In this document: positions 10,101 to 17,811 of the stretch, piece by piece
How positions within the stretch are numbered: the first letter of the stretch is position 1
How the letters are laid out: each line of letters begins with the position of its first letter
Translations under genes and position numbers: made by a program
Notes under the pieces: generated by a model
What the model saw: only the letters and a program-made list of their open reading frames with translations
The model's database searches: none
Told to the model about the DNA's origin: nothing
DNA from: a virus
Taxonomy: Duplodnaviria > Caudoviricetes
Reading direction: 5' to 3' (one strand)
Virus record (IMG/VR): IMGVR_UViG_3300047384_000133
Location: 1 to 27,633 of that record
DNA length: 27,633 nucleotides

Positions 10101-11258
10101 ACACAACTGACTGGAGCAGACAGAGAGCAGATAGATGCTTATAAAAGATCTTTTGCTCCTCCCTGGGATAAGACAGCTACATTGGTACCAACTGGAACTG
10201 ATAGTCAAGGCAACATAACTCAAATGATGAATTTAAGTTATACAAATCCTTATGATTATTTATCTAGACCTTTTTCTAGATTGATAGCGGAAGCTGAGGA
10301 AGGAGAAGCTAAAGGGGAAAGTTTAGTTAATAGATATACTCAAGGATTTATGTATGGTTTGTACGAACTAACTAAACCTTATGGAACTCTTTCTATTTCA
10401 ACTCAATTGCTTCGTGATACAGTAATAGGGGAAACAGAAACAGGCAGAAGACTTTATTCTGCTAGTGATACTTTTGGTGACAAGGCCACTAAAGCTTTTG
10501 TGCACAACCTACAAGGCATGGCTCCACCAATTTTACCTTTTGATATTACTTCTGACCCAGCTGGTGGTATTTTAGGAATAGGTGCATCAATAAAAGATTT
10601 TCCAACAGCGGTGTTTAATAGCACTGGCTTGATGGGAGATGATAAATTAATTAATAGAAAAGGAAATAGAATAGATCCAGCTGAAGCTTTAGTGCAAGGA
10701 TTCAGTGGTTTAAAAATTATCAAACCACAAATAGGCAGAACTTTAAGATATAGAGGTTTTGAAACTAACGATGTAATTAGAGCAGCTGCTAACGAATTTA
10801 ATAGAGTTGCTAGATCTGCTAATGTTAGAGAAGCAGAAGACTTTACCAAAGCTTACATAGAATCTAATGAAGGTAGATACAGAGGTATGAGAGATCTTTA
10901 TTTAGCTATAGAAGATGCAAGACTTTTGGGTTTGAGTGAGCAAGAGATATTAAAAGAACTTAAAACAGCTAAAGTTGCTAACGCTGATTACGTTATGGCT
11001 GGCTTGTTTAAACCTTCAGAACTTAGTAAAGAAGTTATCACAGAGGCTTATAGAGAAGATTACAATAAAGCTAGAAACTTTTTACCAACTTCAGACATTG
11101 GTTTTGCGCAAAGACAATTAACAGGACAGTCATTAGAAGGTGGTTATCAAACTCCGCAAGAAATAGCTGATCAAGTTAAGCCAACAAGAACTAATGTAGC
11201 TCCTCAACCAAGCGCTTTACGACAACAAGAACTTAATAAGTTATTAGGAATAGATTAA
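7176..11258 (+). CDS. Large internal virion/DNA transfer protein (1360 aa)
   Basis: Last and largest gene of the virion operon; N-terminal Gly/Ala-rich amphipathic helices; helical composition typical of large podovirus ejection proteins. Confidence 0.65.
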   Translation: MPVIDIDGKKVFVPEGTSDPESAARRTLKSVSGGESFLGEVGRGIGAGLVGIPQGIATLGSTIVDGVFDTDLTDSLNKYFEEFKPETNSTAGHIAQYITQFGIPGIGVASALSKAGKTAQILSAGAVDAAVATDDVETLSDLFFDEVSDQERLASINGSEAAASRLLERVAVFGETAGIVGALPVALKALAKTGKATVDVAGVAAAPLVKAVASSPVTTAVTNRLMPSTGQKFTSVEDAINERSNSFMDFVKDRFTFQGGLVSDDIAQLKEAQVQETRRQLAQVEQDFGEVMTTIKKAGVRGTLNATDQDNLAKAIGDYYSPLTKLSYRDDAMEILADPNLKRKVAEDIQNRALQVIKSYEDGVGNKIDYKALGIPDNQKISTLLEQQREIVDLNSKAIDDFAKDFDNTFIPEDYGNILKDNYLLYTNRSYKAMIDNSYVVDPEQKAKAITELENALVSSGMKNGTEAERKILRANAEKAFDDFTSGKADAFQFESPQGNANVLTGAVRKDILKGRTLDNLPEVRKALGEVAGYLEQDWSKSLANTQLQAFQTVKKQANLVGRVQLFDDLNKLNKDAQLYDIKPFIFDEQQVTGLGVNRYQPGESFEVGGKEFVKFDDKAGPLAGKVASKRFYDALLDSTGTRLDNIYNALGTPYKTFLSLKSAAQYNKTVLSPSAQIRNPTGGILMTLAAGNIPGATTLAKAFGKVFNRFNKDPDKNTFAVKPDKDLIASETVKLKKLGIIDDSAAAMTGEIEDLAKFAEQSNFVGKVANSKLIKGFRNSGFNKGARKAYTGSDSVIRVVNFYQERDTLLRALLKHGDSAIPVTSVKNKTAIQGTNVTGNQLLGAENVAKLREAFETKPIKKGNIEKFLDDNLGNKELKNKFMSFLDEESAQLAKNHYQNYNRVGNIVGDLAKLPIGNFAAFPSEIIRTMGNIGYRAAQELASGNPELQKKGMKRAVSALTVTTAFPAAMVELGTQLTGADREQIDAYKRSFAPPWDKTATLVPTGTDSQGNITQMMNLSYTNPYDYLSRPFSRLIAEAEEGEAKGESLVNRYTQGFMYGLYELTKPYGTLSISTQLLRDTVIGETETGRRLYSASDTFGDKATKAFVHNLQGMAPPILPFDITSDPAGGILGIGASIKDFPTAVFNSTGLMGDDKLINRKGNRIDPAEALVQGFSGLKIIKPQIGRTLRYRGFETNDVIRAAANEFNRVARSANVREAEDFTKAYIESNEGRYRGMRDLYLAIEDARLLGLSEQEILKELKTAKVANADYVMAGLFKPSELSKEVITEAYREDYNKARNFLPTSDIGFAQRQLTGQSLEGGYQTPQEIADQVKPTRTNVAPQPSALRQQELNKLLGID

Positions 11259-11434
11259 ATACCAAACTTAATATGATCGGCACTACCATTTTTCTCAGCT
11301 ATTTCTATTTCTTTAGTAGCTTTTTCGACCAACCATTCAACCGTGTTAGCACGGGTTCTATGAGTTAATGATGCGAGTTTGCCTAGTTTTTTGTGAGTCT
11401 CTTTGTTTACTCCAATGGTTACATGGGTTGCCAT
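11255..11434 (-). CDS. Ribbon-helix-helix (Arc/CopG-like) DNA-binding protein, 59 aa (not in ORF track)
   Basis: MATHVTIGVNKETHKKLGKLASLTHRTRANTVEWLVEKATKEIEIAEKNGSADHIKFGI: alternating beta strand then two helices; AGGAG RBS; stop overlaps the convergent stop (TTAA). Confidence 0.7.
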   Translation of the reverse strand: MATHVTIGVNKETHKKLGKLASLTHRTRANTVEWLVEKATKEIEIAEKNGSADHIKFGI

Positions 11435-11483
11435 ATAGCTTCTCCTGGTATGTCAATTGTTTCTTAAAATATATAAAAAATTG

Positions 11484-11497
11484 TATAATAAATTATG
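11484..11497 (+). promoter_or_regulatory. -10 element (TATAAT) 5 nt upstream of the ATG; candidate leaderless promoter
   Basis: TATAAT 11484-11489, AAATT, ATG 11495; no SD; weak -35. Confidence 0.5.
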
Positions 11498-11827
11498 GGC
11501 TATAACAAGTACGGAGCTATAAAAGTGAAGCTAGATGGTATCACATTTGATAGCAAATTAGAGGCGGCAAGATATAAATTTTTAAAAGAATTAGAATCTG
11601 CTGGCGCAGTGTCAGACATAGAAGTTCATCCACAATTTCCATGTTTTGTTGAAGGTAAAAAGATCTGCACTTACATAGCAGACTTTAAATATAAAAACGT
11701 CAAAGGAGAAGAAGTCATAGAAGATACTAAGGGAGTATTGACTGATGTCTTTAAATTAAAAAAGAAATTAGTAGAAGCAATATACCCAGACGTAACCATA
11801 GAAATTATTCAATCGCCTAGGGCCTAA
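11495..11827 (+). CDS. DUF1064-family PD-(D/E)xK nuclease
   Basis: NKYGA..V..DGITFDSKLEAARY, YIADFKY, IEDTKG motifs. Confidence 0.85.
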   Translation: MGYNKYGAIKVKLDGITFDSKLEAARYKFLKELESAGAVSDIEVHPQFPCFVEGKKICTYIADFKYKNVKGEEVIEDTKGVLTDVFKLKKKLVEAIYPDVTIEIIQSPRA

Positions 11828-12318
11828 TGTCTCAAAAAACTAGGACTTGTACGCTTTGCAAGAAGAGACGGAAGATTAAATTTTTTGAAGCTAGAGAACA
11901 AGTTGGTGGTGGCACAACCTATCGTGGTCTTTGTAGAGATTGTCATGTGATAGATAGAAACAGAAAGCGATCATCAAGTTACAAAAGTTTTTTAAATTTA
12001 CTTCACAATCAACTAAGACATACTAGAGTTAGTAAGAATCCAGAAAGAGAATGGGAGATAACGCCAGAAGATTTAATAGAAATATGGGAAACTCAAGATG
12101 GTCTTTGTGCTTTGTCTGGCGTATTGATGACTCACTATCGAGATGGCAGTGGTAAGAAAGATTTAAATGTAACTATCGACAGAATAGATCCAGAGGAATG
12201 GTATGTCAGATATAACATTCAATTGGTTTGTCAGCGTGCCAACATCATTAAACACACTCTGAGCGAGGACATGTTGCTCTGGTGGTGTGAAAATATCATA
12301 AGAAATAAAAAGAAATAA
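11827..12318 (+). CDS. HNH-like (His-Me finger) endonuclease with N-terminal zinc finger
   Basis: CTLC...CRDC; QDGLCALSG; TIDRID...Y...NIQLVC..AN..K. Confidence 0.7.
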   Translation: MSQKTRTCTLCKKRRKIKFFEAREQVGGGTTYRGLCRDCHVIDRNRKRSSSYKSFLNLLHNQLRHTRVSKNPEREWEITPEDLIEIWETQDGLCALSGVLMTHYRDGSGKKDLNVTIDRIDPEEWYVRYNIQLVCQRANIIKHTLSEDMLLWWCENIIRNKKK

Positions 12319-12328
12319 AAAATTTTTT

Positions 12329-12356
12329 TTATATACAAAAATATTTTGTATATAAT
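12329..12356. promoter_or_regulatory. Perfect 12-bp inverted repeat overlapping a -10 (operator-like)
   Basis: TTATATACAAAA-ATA-TTTTGTATATAA (12329-12355); TATAAT at 12351-12356. Confidence 0.5.
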
Positions 12357-12362
12357 CCGCGC

Positions 12363-12461
12363 ATGAATTTGAAGAATATACTCACCGGGAGTGCTGGGTA
12401 TATCATTAGTGTCAGCTTCTCTATATATATGATGAACATATATTTAGCGATCTACACTTAA
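12363..12461 (+). CDS. Small single-TM peptide, 32 aa (not in ORF track)
   Basis: MNLKNILTGSAGYIISVSFSIYMMNIYLAIYT; ATG 6 nt after TATAAT; fills the intergenic gap. Confidence 0.5.
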   Translation: MNLKNILTGSAGYIISVSFSIYMMNIYLAIYT

Positions 12462-12469
12462 ACCAGTGC

Positions 12470-12727
12470 TTACTTATAGATCTGTTTTATTTTATAGCCT
12501 TTCTCAGAGTTGTTAAGGTTTATCATCTTGCGTTCTAATTTTGGTAATGATTGCCAGAACACTGGAGAGTGTTGGTAATCATATAAACCACAAACAGAAC
12601 AACGACCGTTTTCCATACTGGTAGGCCAGTGGCAGGCGTTGATGCAAGGATAATCAGCGAGACTAGTAGTTTCGCCTCTAAGACTAGCTATGTTTTTAAA
12701 TGTATTTAATTTAAATATTTTAGCCAT
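12470..12727 (-). CDS. DUF1289-like Cys-rich small protein
   Basis: PCINAC...GRCSVCG...W..L...ER pattern; GAGG RBS. Confidence 0.55.
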   Translation of the reverse strand: MAKIFKLNTFKNIASLRGETTSLADYPCINACHWPTSMENGRCSVCGLYDYQHSPVFWQSLPKLERKMINLNNSEKGYKIKQIYK

Positions 12728-12793
12728 TACGCACCTCTTTATAGAGATATGCGTATTATATAACGATTTTTATATATTATTGCAAACTTTTTG

Positions 12794-13654
12794 TTAAAAA
12801 GGTGTAGGTATCAAACCAAATATAAGTTCGTGATCAGGACAATTTTTCTTATCCATTTGTTGTTTTGGATTTAATAAAACACCTTTCTTACCACAACGCC
12901 AAGTAGCCCCGGAAACTTCTATCATTGGCTTTGAATGTTTGCAGTTTCTACAGTTTTTAAACTCTGGTTCTGCCCTACCTAGATAAACTTCTTTAGATTC
13001 TTTTGGTAAGTTCTTAACCTTCCAATCGTTTTCACTCAAGAATAAATCTGGTGGCTCTGGCGAAGTAATAATTCTTTTCGCCTTCTCTATCAAAGATTGA
13101 AAGAGCTCATCATTATATTTAATTACTTCAGTATAAATATCAGAATTGTTTTTGTTGTAAACCAAAGCTAAAGACTTAGGTAATTTAAAAGCACCCATAT
13201 AACAATGCACTTGCGCTTCATATTCTAGCGACCAACGCTCGTAACTACTTTCACTAACTAGATTATTAAATCTTCTGTCATTGGAACTCTTAACTTCTAG
13301 GACCATAGAATCATCATTATGTTCTGGCAAGTTTTTAACTACGCCATCTATGTGCCCAGAGAAGTGATCGCCAAGTAAAGAAGCTTTGAACTGATCGCCC
13401 TTTTTATCTTCAGTAAATACTTCTACGCCATCTGCTTTTTTAAGATACTCAATGACTACATCTTCAATAACATTACCTAGTTCTAAGATCCTAGATACTC
13501 TTGGCTCAAACTTATTTGGTGGTAAACACCATCTAAAATTTAACCACAACATTCTTTCGTCTGGATTACCAATCTGACTCATACCTAAATATGGTCGATA
13601 CTTTGGTGGTTCAGATAACATTACATGATCTATCATTTTATTTATTTTGCTCAT
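12794..13654 (-). CDS. Cas4-like/PD-(D/E)xK phage exonuclease
   Basis: RPYLGMSQIG, GHIDG, LEVKS, QVHCYM (RecB-family motifs), C-terminal CRNC...C...C; AGGAG RBS; ATGA overlap with the helicase. Confidence 0.8.
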   Translation of the reverse strand: MSKINKMIDHVMLSEPPKYRPYLGMSQIGNPDERMLWLNFRWCLPPNKFEPRVSRILELGNVIEDVVIEYLKKADGVEVFTEDKKGDQFKASLLGDHFSGHIDGVVKNLPEHNDDSMVLEVKSSNDRRFNNLVSESSYERWSLEYEAQVHCYMGAFKLPKSLALVYNKNNSDIYTEVIKYNDELFQSLIEKAKRIITSPEPPDLFLSENDWKVKNLPKESKEVYLGRAEPEFKNCRNCKHSKPMIEVSGATWRCGKKGVLLNPKQQMDKKNCPDHELIFGLIPTPF

Positions 13655-15321
13655 AGAAATATCTCCTTATCATTAAAAATTATTTTCTTTACATTAAAAT
13701 ATTTACCTTCTCTTTTTATGCCAACAGACTTAACTCCTTTAAGAGCTCCTTGATTTATCTTGGCCGCTGCTTGTTCAGAAGTTCTAGGCACACCCCAAAT
13801 TTTTGGATCTACTAAACGGCACCAATGGTTGATTGCTAGTCCGTGCATTCTTGAATGACCAAACATAAGTGGCATCATTCTAGGTAAGAATTGATTATCA
13901 ACATAAAAGAATACCTTACAATATTTGTTGCCATTTTTAGAGTCAGCAACAGCAGCACTAACACTGGTTACAACTTCTAAAGAACTCTTGTTCTTTTGTT
14001 TCTCGTCAGAGATAACTGCTCCAGAATCTGCCTTGGTTTTCTTAGCTACCTTTCTTTCTTCCATAGGCACTAAGAAAGTTAAGAACTCTGCTACTGGGAA
14101 CTCTTCATTGCATTCGACACATTTCTTTGCATGAGGTGGATTGACAGCCAAACAACTGCCACAGATTTTAGGTCTTCTTATTTTTACTTCTTGATCTGGC
14201 TTGGCTGTATCAATACAACCATGTCTAGCAATGTTCTCGCCATAATCTAAAAGCAAACAATTATCTTTCCCTGGGTACAGTCGCATACCTCGGCCACACA
14301 TCTGAACGTAAAGCCCTAAACTTTTGGTTGGCCTTAACATAGCAATACAATCTGTTCTTGGTGCGTCCCAACCTTCTGTTAAGACGCCGACATTACAAAC
14401 AGCATGTACTTTTCCAGATTCAAAATCTTCTAGTATTTGTTTTCTTTCTTCTCCAGGGGTTTCGCCAGTTAGTAATCTTGATTCAATCCCATGCTTCTGC
14501 AAATGCATGTTCATTTTCATAGCATGCAATACCGATACACAAAAAAATACGGAAGCTGTTCTGCCTTTGGTATATGCTTTGTCTAACCAATCGTTAATGA
14601 TTGCGACGATGGTCTTCTCATCCATAGCTAATTTTTCTAAATCGGATTCTTTATAATCGCCACCTTTAAATTTAAGCTTGGCTTTACTAGCGTCAATAAT
14701 AGTATTGTCATCTACTTTATAAGAAGTAATCCTAGCTAGATAACCTTGATCTATTAGTTCTGGTATCTTTGCTTGATAAGCAATGTCATGAAAGAAATGA
14801 TCTTTTCTTTTGCCATAAATATAACCTTGACCCATACGATAAGGCGTAGCAGTACAACCTAAAACACGCATAGCTCGTTCAGCAGACAACTCATTGATTA
14901 TCTTTTGGTATCTAGTTTGTTCGTCCGGGGATATGTTATGGGCTTCGTCAATAATGGTATAATCAAAGTGCCCAACTTTTTTTAATCTAGATCCAGAGGC
15001 TAACGTATCTCTTGAAGCTACAAGTATTTGAGAATCCAACTCAGATCTTTTCAGCCCAGCTGATAACACACCGACTGGTGCCTCTGGCCATACAGATTTT
15101 ATTTTTTCTTCTGCTTGTTCGATAAGTTCTTGTCTATGTGCTAAGACTAAAAACCTAGCGTCAGAATATTTTTTTATGGTTCTTTTAATAAAGTTAGAAA
15201 ATATAACTGTCTTGCCAGACGCAGTAGGCAAACTGAGTAGAGGGTGTTTCTCTATTGACTCAGTTGCAAACCAACTTTCTAGTGCAGTGATAGCGTCTTC
15301 TTGATACGGTCTTAGTTTCAT
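13651..15321 (-). CDS. SF2 DEAH helicase (RadD/YejH-like) with zinc finger
   Basis: LRPYQ, LPTASGKT, IIDEAH, TAT, LTEGWD, QMCGRGMR; CGSC...CVEC. Confidence 0.92.
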   Translation of the reverse strand: MKLRPYQEDAITALESWFATESIEKHPLLSLPTASGKTVIFSNFIKRTIKKYSDARFLVLAHRQELIEQAEEKIKSVWPEAPVGVLSAGLKRSELDSQILVASRDTLASGSRLKKVGHFDYTIIDEAHNISPDEQTRYQKIINELSAERAMRVLGCTATPYRMGQGYIYGKRKDHFFHDIAYQAKIPELIDQGYLARITSYKVDDNTIIDASKAKLKFKGGDYKESDLEKLAMDEKTIVAIINDWLDKAYTKGRTASVFFCVSVLHAMKMNMHLQKHGIESRLLTGETPGEERKQILEDFESGKVHAVCNVGVLTEGWDAPRTDCIAMLRPTKSLGLYVQMCGRGMRLYPGKDNCLLLDYGENIARHGCIDTAKPDQEVKIRRPKICGSCLAVNPPHAKKCVECNEEFPVAEFLTFLVPMEERKVAKKTKADSGAVISDEKQKNKSSLEVVTSVSAAVADSKNGNKYCKVFFYVDNQFLPRMMPLMFGHSRMHGLAINHWCRLVDPKIWGVPRTSEQAAAKINQGALKGVKSVGIKREGKYFNVKKIIFNDKEIFL

Positions 15322-15324
15322 TGA

Positions 15325-15468
15325 TCATCTTCCTTGTCCTCTATATGCTTTGAAGGACTTTCTTTTATTCTTGTTCATACTACTGAACTTTACGTTGCGT
15401 GAACCTTGACTAGTTTTTTTATACTTAGCCCTAGATATGTGTATTTTTACTTCTCTTCTTATAGCCAT
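15325..15468 (-). CDS. Small basic protein ending in YRGQGR, 47 aa (not in ORF track)
   Basis: MAIRREVKIHISRAKYKKTSQGSRNVKFSSMNKNKRKSFKAYRGQGR; start overlaps the upstream stop (TGATG); fills the gap before the helicase. Confidence 0.8.
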   Translation of the reverse strand: MAIRREVKIHISRAKYKKTSQGSRNVKFSSMNKNKRKSFKAYRGQGR

Positions 15469-15896
15469 CAGTGTCTCGTTTTATCCTTGCTTTCCATTTG
15501 AAGTTTAACAGCGTCGAGTACTTCTTCTTCATCAAGCTCCTCTGGATCTATTACATAATCTTCATTCATAGAGTTCCAATCGGTGTTAGCTCCTCCAGCT
15601 AAATTGCCTAGCATATCTGCTTGAAAGAAAACTTCTTTTCTAGTCATGCCTTTTTCTTTAGCAATATCGTTAATGACTCTGCCCCAGGATGCACCGATCA
15701 ACATCGTTGCTTCATTGGTACTGTGTTCCAATACGTCGTAAGTGACGCAACAAACATAGGTTAATAATACTTCTAATAATTTATGTGGACTTTTGATTTC
15801 TCCCATTCTTTTGTTGAATGACATCATGTGCATTCGTAATTCTTCTAACAATTCCTTCTTGGAGATCACTTCCAAATCTATTTTGTCTTCTTTCAT
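15468..15896 (-). CDS. Hypothetical protein
   Basis: 142 aa in operon; AAGGTG RBS; acidic C-terminus. Confidence 0.7.
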   Translation of the reverse strand: MKEDKIDLEVISKKELLEELRMHMMSFNKRMGEIKSPHKLLEVLLTYVCCVTYDVLEHSTNEATMLIGASWGRVINDIAKEKGMTRKEVFFQADMLGNLAGGANTDWNSMNEDYVIDPEELDEEEVLDAVKLQMESKDKTRH

Positions 15897-16047
15897 ATAA
15901 CACCTTCGCTCTCTTTAATCTGTTTATCGAAACAACACAAGCCGCAACTTCGTCAAATAATTCAACTGGCAGTATGTGATTGTTTAACTTATATATTTTT
16001 GCTAACAACTTCTCAGAGTTAGCGACTAATTTTTTATCATCAATCAT
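15781..16047 (-). CDS. Hypothetical protein (its RBS is the predicted sRNA target)
   Basis: 88 aa; TAGGA RBS; 3' end overlaps the next gene by 116 nt. Confidence 0.6.
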   Translation of the reverse strand: MIDDKKLVANSEKLLAKIYKLNNHILPVELFDEVAACVVSINRLKRAKVLYERRQNRFGSDLQEGIVRRITNAHDVIQQKNGRNQKST

Positions 16048-16066
16048 ATTTGTTTCCTAATGTGTG

Positions 16067-16114
16067 CCTACCGAGCTCGTAACGCCGCTCGTATTAATTA
16101 ACTTGCTCGGTAGG
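16067..16114 (-). promoter_or_regulatory. Intercistronic GC-rich stem-loop (10-bp stem, 28-nt loop)
   Basis: CCTACCGAGC (16067-16076) pairs with GCTCGGTAGG (16105-16114), directly upstream of the RBS of 15781..16047. Confidence 0.65.
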
Positions 16115-16136
16115 ACTTTTTTGGGAGATGACCCAG

Positions 16137-16616
16137 TTATTTATCCCAAGGCATAGCGTCATCTTCTTCTTGTAAAGGTTTCGCCGCAGGCGCTTCCTCA
16201 GATGTAGATGATGTACCTTTGGCTAAATAATCTTGTATCTTATTACTGTCCTCGTACCCATTTGTTCCAGGTTCAATTTTGATCTTGGCTTGGAAAGGAT
16301 TGTTAATCATTTCGTCCAAGGCACTAGCATTGAAACTGACATCGGTGCTTAACCCTAACGCTTTACGCCAAGCTTTAATTTTCCTAGCGGTTACGGTTAC
16401 AGCATTACCTTCAAGAGTAAAATACTCCCAAAGTTTTCTATTAGAATGGCTTGGACCGAGTACTTGAAACTCGATTTCAACCATTGCATTTCCAGCTTTA
16501 GATGTTCTCTTTTCCCATTTGTTAGCAACTAATTCATAGTCGCCAGCAGGCATAGGTTTAAAGTCATCTTCTTGATCAGGCACTTCGCCTAACATTATTT
16601 CAAAGTCATCACTCAT
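16137..16616 (-). CDS. DUF669 protein (putative ssDNA-binding protein)
   Basis: FKPMPAGDY...SKAGNAMV..F.V.G...NRKLWE; acidic tail ending PWDK; start moved to MSDDF (GAGGAG RBS). Confidence 0.8.
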   Translation of the reverse strand: MSDDFEIMLGEVPDQEDDFKPMPAGDYELVANKWEKRTSKAGNAMVEIEFQVLGPSHSNRKLWEYFTLEGNAVTVTARKIKAWRKALGLSTDVSFNASALDEMINNPFQAKIKIEPGTNGYEDSNKIQDYLAKGTSSTSEEAPAAKPLQEEDDAMPWDK

Positions 16617-16729
16617 GATAAATTTAACTCCTCGCGAAGACATAAAGTACAACAAAGAAGGCCTTTGTATTTATACCCACCGTCTAAAATTTCTTCTCCA
16701 CAGTGGTCACACAAAATCTCCTCTGACAC
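16613..16729 (-). CDS. Small zinc-finger protein, 38 aa (not in ORF track)
   Basis: GTG start after GGAGG; MSEEILCDHCGEEILDGGYKYKGLLCCTLCLREELNLS; ATGA overlap with DUF669. Confidence 0.7.
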   Translation of the reverse strand: MSEEILCDHCGEEILDGGYKYKGLLCCTLCLREELNLS

Positions 16730-16730
16730 T

Positions 16731-17492
16731 TTATGCCTCCGACAGATTTTTAATTGATTTTTTATATTCGTCGTAAAACGAATCCCATTTGAGTTCTATC
16801 TTATCTGGAAGAGGAACTCGTCTCTTCGCGTCAAAGGCGGGAGAGAACTTCGTAAACAACATAGGATCACCCATGGCAAGTGCCCTTGTCTGCTCGTTGA
16901 AGCCCTTCCCTTCTTTCACAGTACGAACTTGATGGTTCGCAAAGAAATTGAAATCGACCCATTCTCTAATAATAGAAGCTGTCTTGTTGTGCAACTTCAA
17001 TTGATACCTATCATAAGGTTCTCTCTCTGGGTCGTTAAAAGTTCTAATATCTACATGCGAAAGCAAGATGACATTCATCTTCTTTTGGTCATGCAAGATA
17101 TCCAAACCTCTTAAAATCTTTCTAAACTTTTCTCTAGCCGCGGTGTAGCCTTTACCATAAGTAATCTCTTCGATACCAGATACATTTTTTTCTTCACACA
17201 CAGCTTCATGAGTAAGAATCTCTGCCCAGTCTGTAGTATCTAGGACAACTGTTTTACGGTCATGATCCATAGTGGCAAGTTTCTTTATGCAATCAATAAT
17301 GTCTTGATACTTTTCACACAATGGAAACTTCTTAACATTTAAAAATGCTGTACCTTTCTCGGTACAAATAAAAACTGGATTAGGTGCTTGAGAGCCGAAG
17401 GTACTTTTACCTATGCCATCTACACCACCGATATTCATTCTCACTGGACCGGGCTCTAAGCCAGATAATAATTCATCTTCAAGACTTGGCAT
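16731..17492 (-). CDS. AAA_24 (Sak4-like) ATPase / recombination protein
   Basis: Walker A GVDGIGKST, TVVLDTTDW, YGKGY, ILLSH, EWVD; upstream of DUF669. Confidence 0.88.
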   Translation of the reverse strand: MPSLEDELLSGLEPGPVRMNIGGVDGIGKSTFGSQAPNPVFICTEKGTAFLNVKKFPLCEKYQDIIDCIKKLATMDHDRKTVVLDTTDWAEILTHEAVCEEKNVSGIEEITYGKGYTAAREKFRKILRGLDILHDQKKMNVILLSHVDIRTFNDPEREPYDRYQLKLHNKTASIIREWVDFNFFANHQVRTVKEGKGFNEQTRALAMGDPMLFTKFSPAFDAKRRVPLPDKIELKWDSFYDEYKKSIKNLSEA

Positions 17493-17811
17493 TGTTGTAC
17501 CTCCCTGGAACTACTTCTGTACCTAATTTTTTCATGGTAGCAACAAAGTCTATTAAGAAATTAGCTTTGCCTTTGGTTCTAGCATGTGGTTCGATTTGAT
17601 CTCGATAATAAAATTGCATGAGACTTTTGTGAGTCATGCCTGAGATCTTTGCAATATGAGCAAAACTCAAACCATCTGCTCTTAAATAATCTACTGCTTT
17701 TACAAAGTCATTAATATTGAAATAATGTTTTGCATAATAGTCGTAAGCATCGGCAAACAACTTTTCCTTAGACTCGCTTTGTGCGGAAGTCATCTCTATT
17801 TTTTTACTCAT
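17479..17811 (-). CDS. HTH DNA-binding protein
   Basis: GLSFAHIAKISGMTHKSLMQFY fits an XRE-type helix-turn-helix; GAGG RBS. Confidence 0.6.
   Translation of the reverse strand: MSKKIEMTSAQSESKEKLFADAYDYYAKHYFNINDFVKAVDYLRADGLSFAHIAKISGMTHKSLMQFYYRDQIEPHARTKGKANFLIDFVATMKKLGTEVVPGRYNNAKS

Noticed and set aside
728-10849. Minus-strand ORFs within the virion operon (e.g. 728-961, 2952-3257, 3990-4418, 10454-10849)
   Set aside because: Antisense shadows of long + strand genes; no recognisable motifs
11451-11456. TTGACA on the minus strand upstream of the RHH gene
   Set aside because: No -10 at the proper spacing (it would fall on the start codon)
12794-13654. Cas4-like gene as evidence of a CRISPR-Cas system
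   Set aside because: No repeat-spacer array or other cas genes; the context is a phage recombination operon
13925-17599. Plus-strand ORFs opposite the helicase, DUF669 and ATPase genes
   Set aside because: Antisense shadows of well-supported genes
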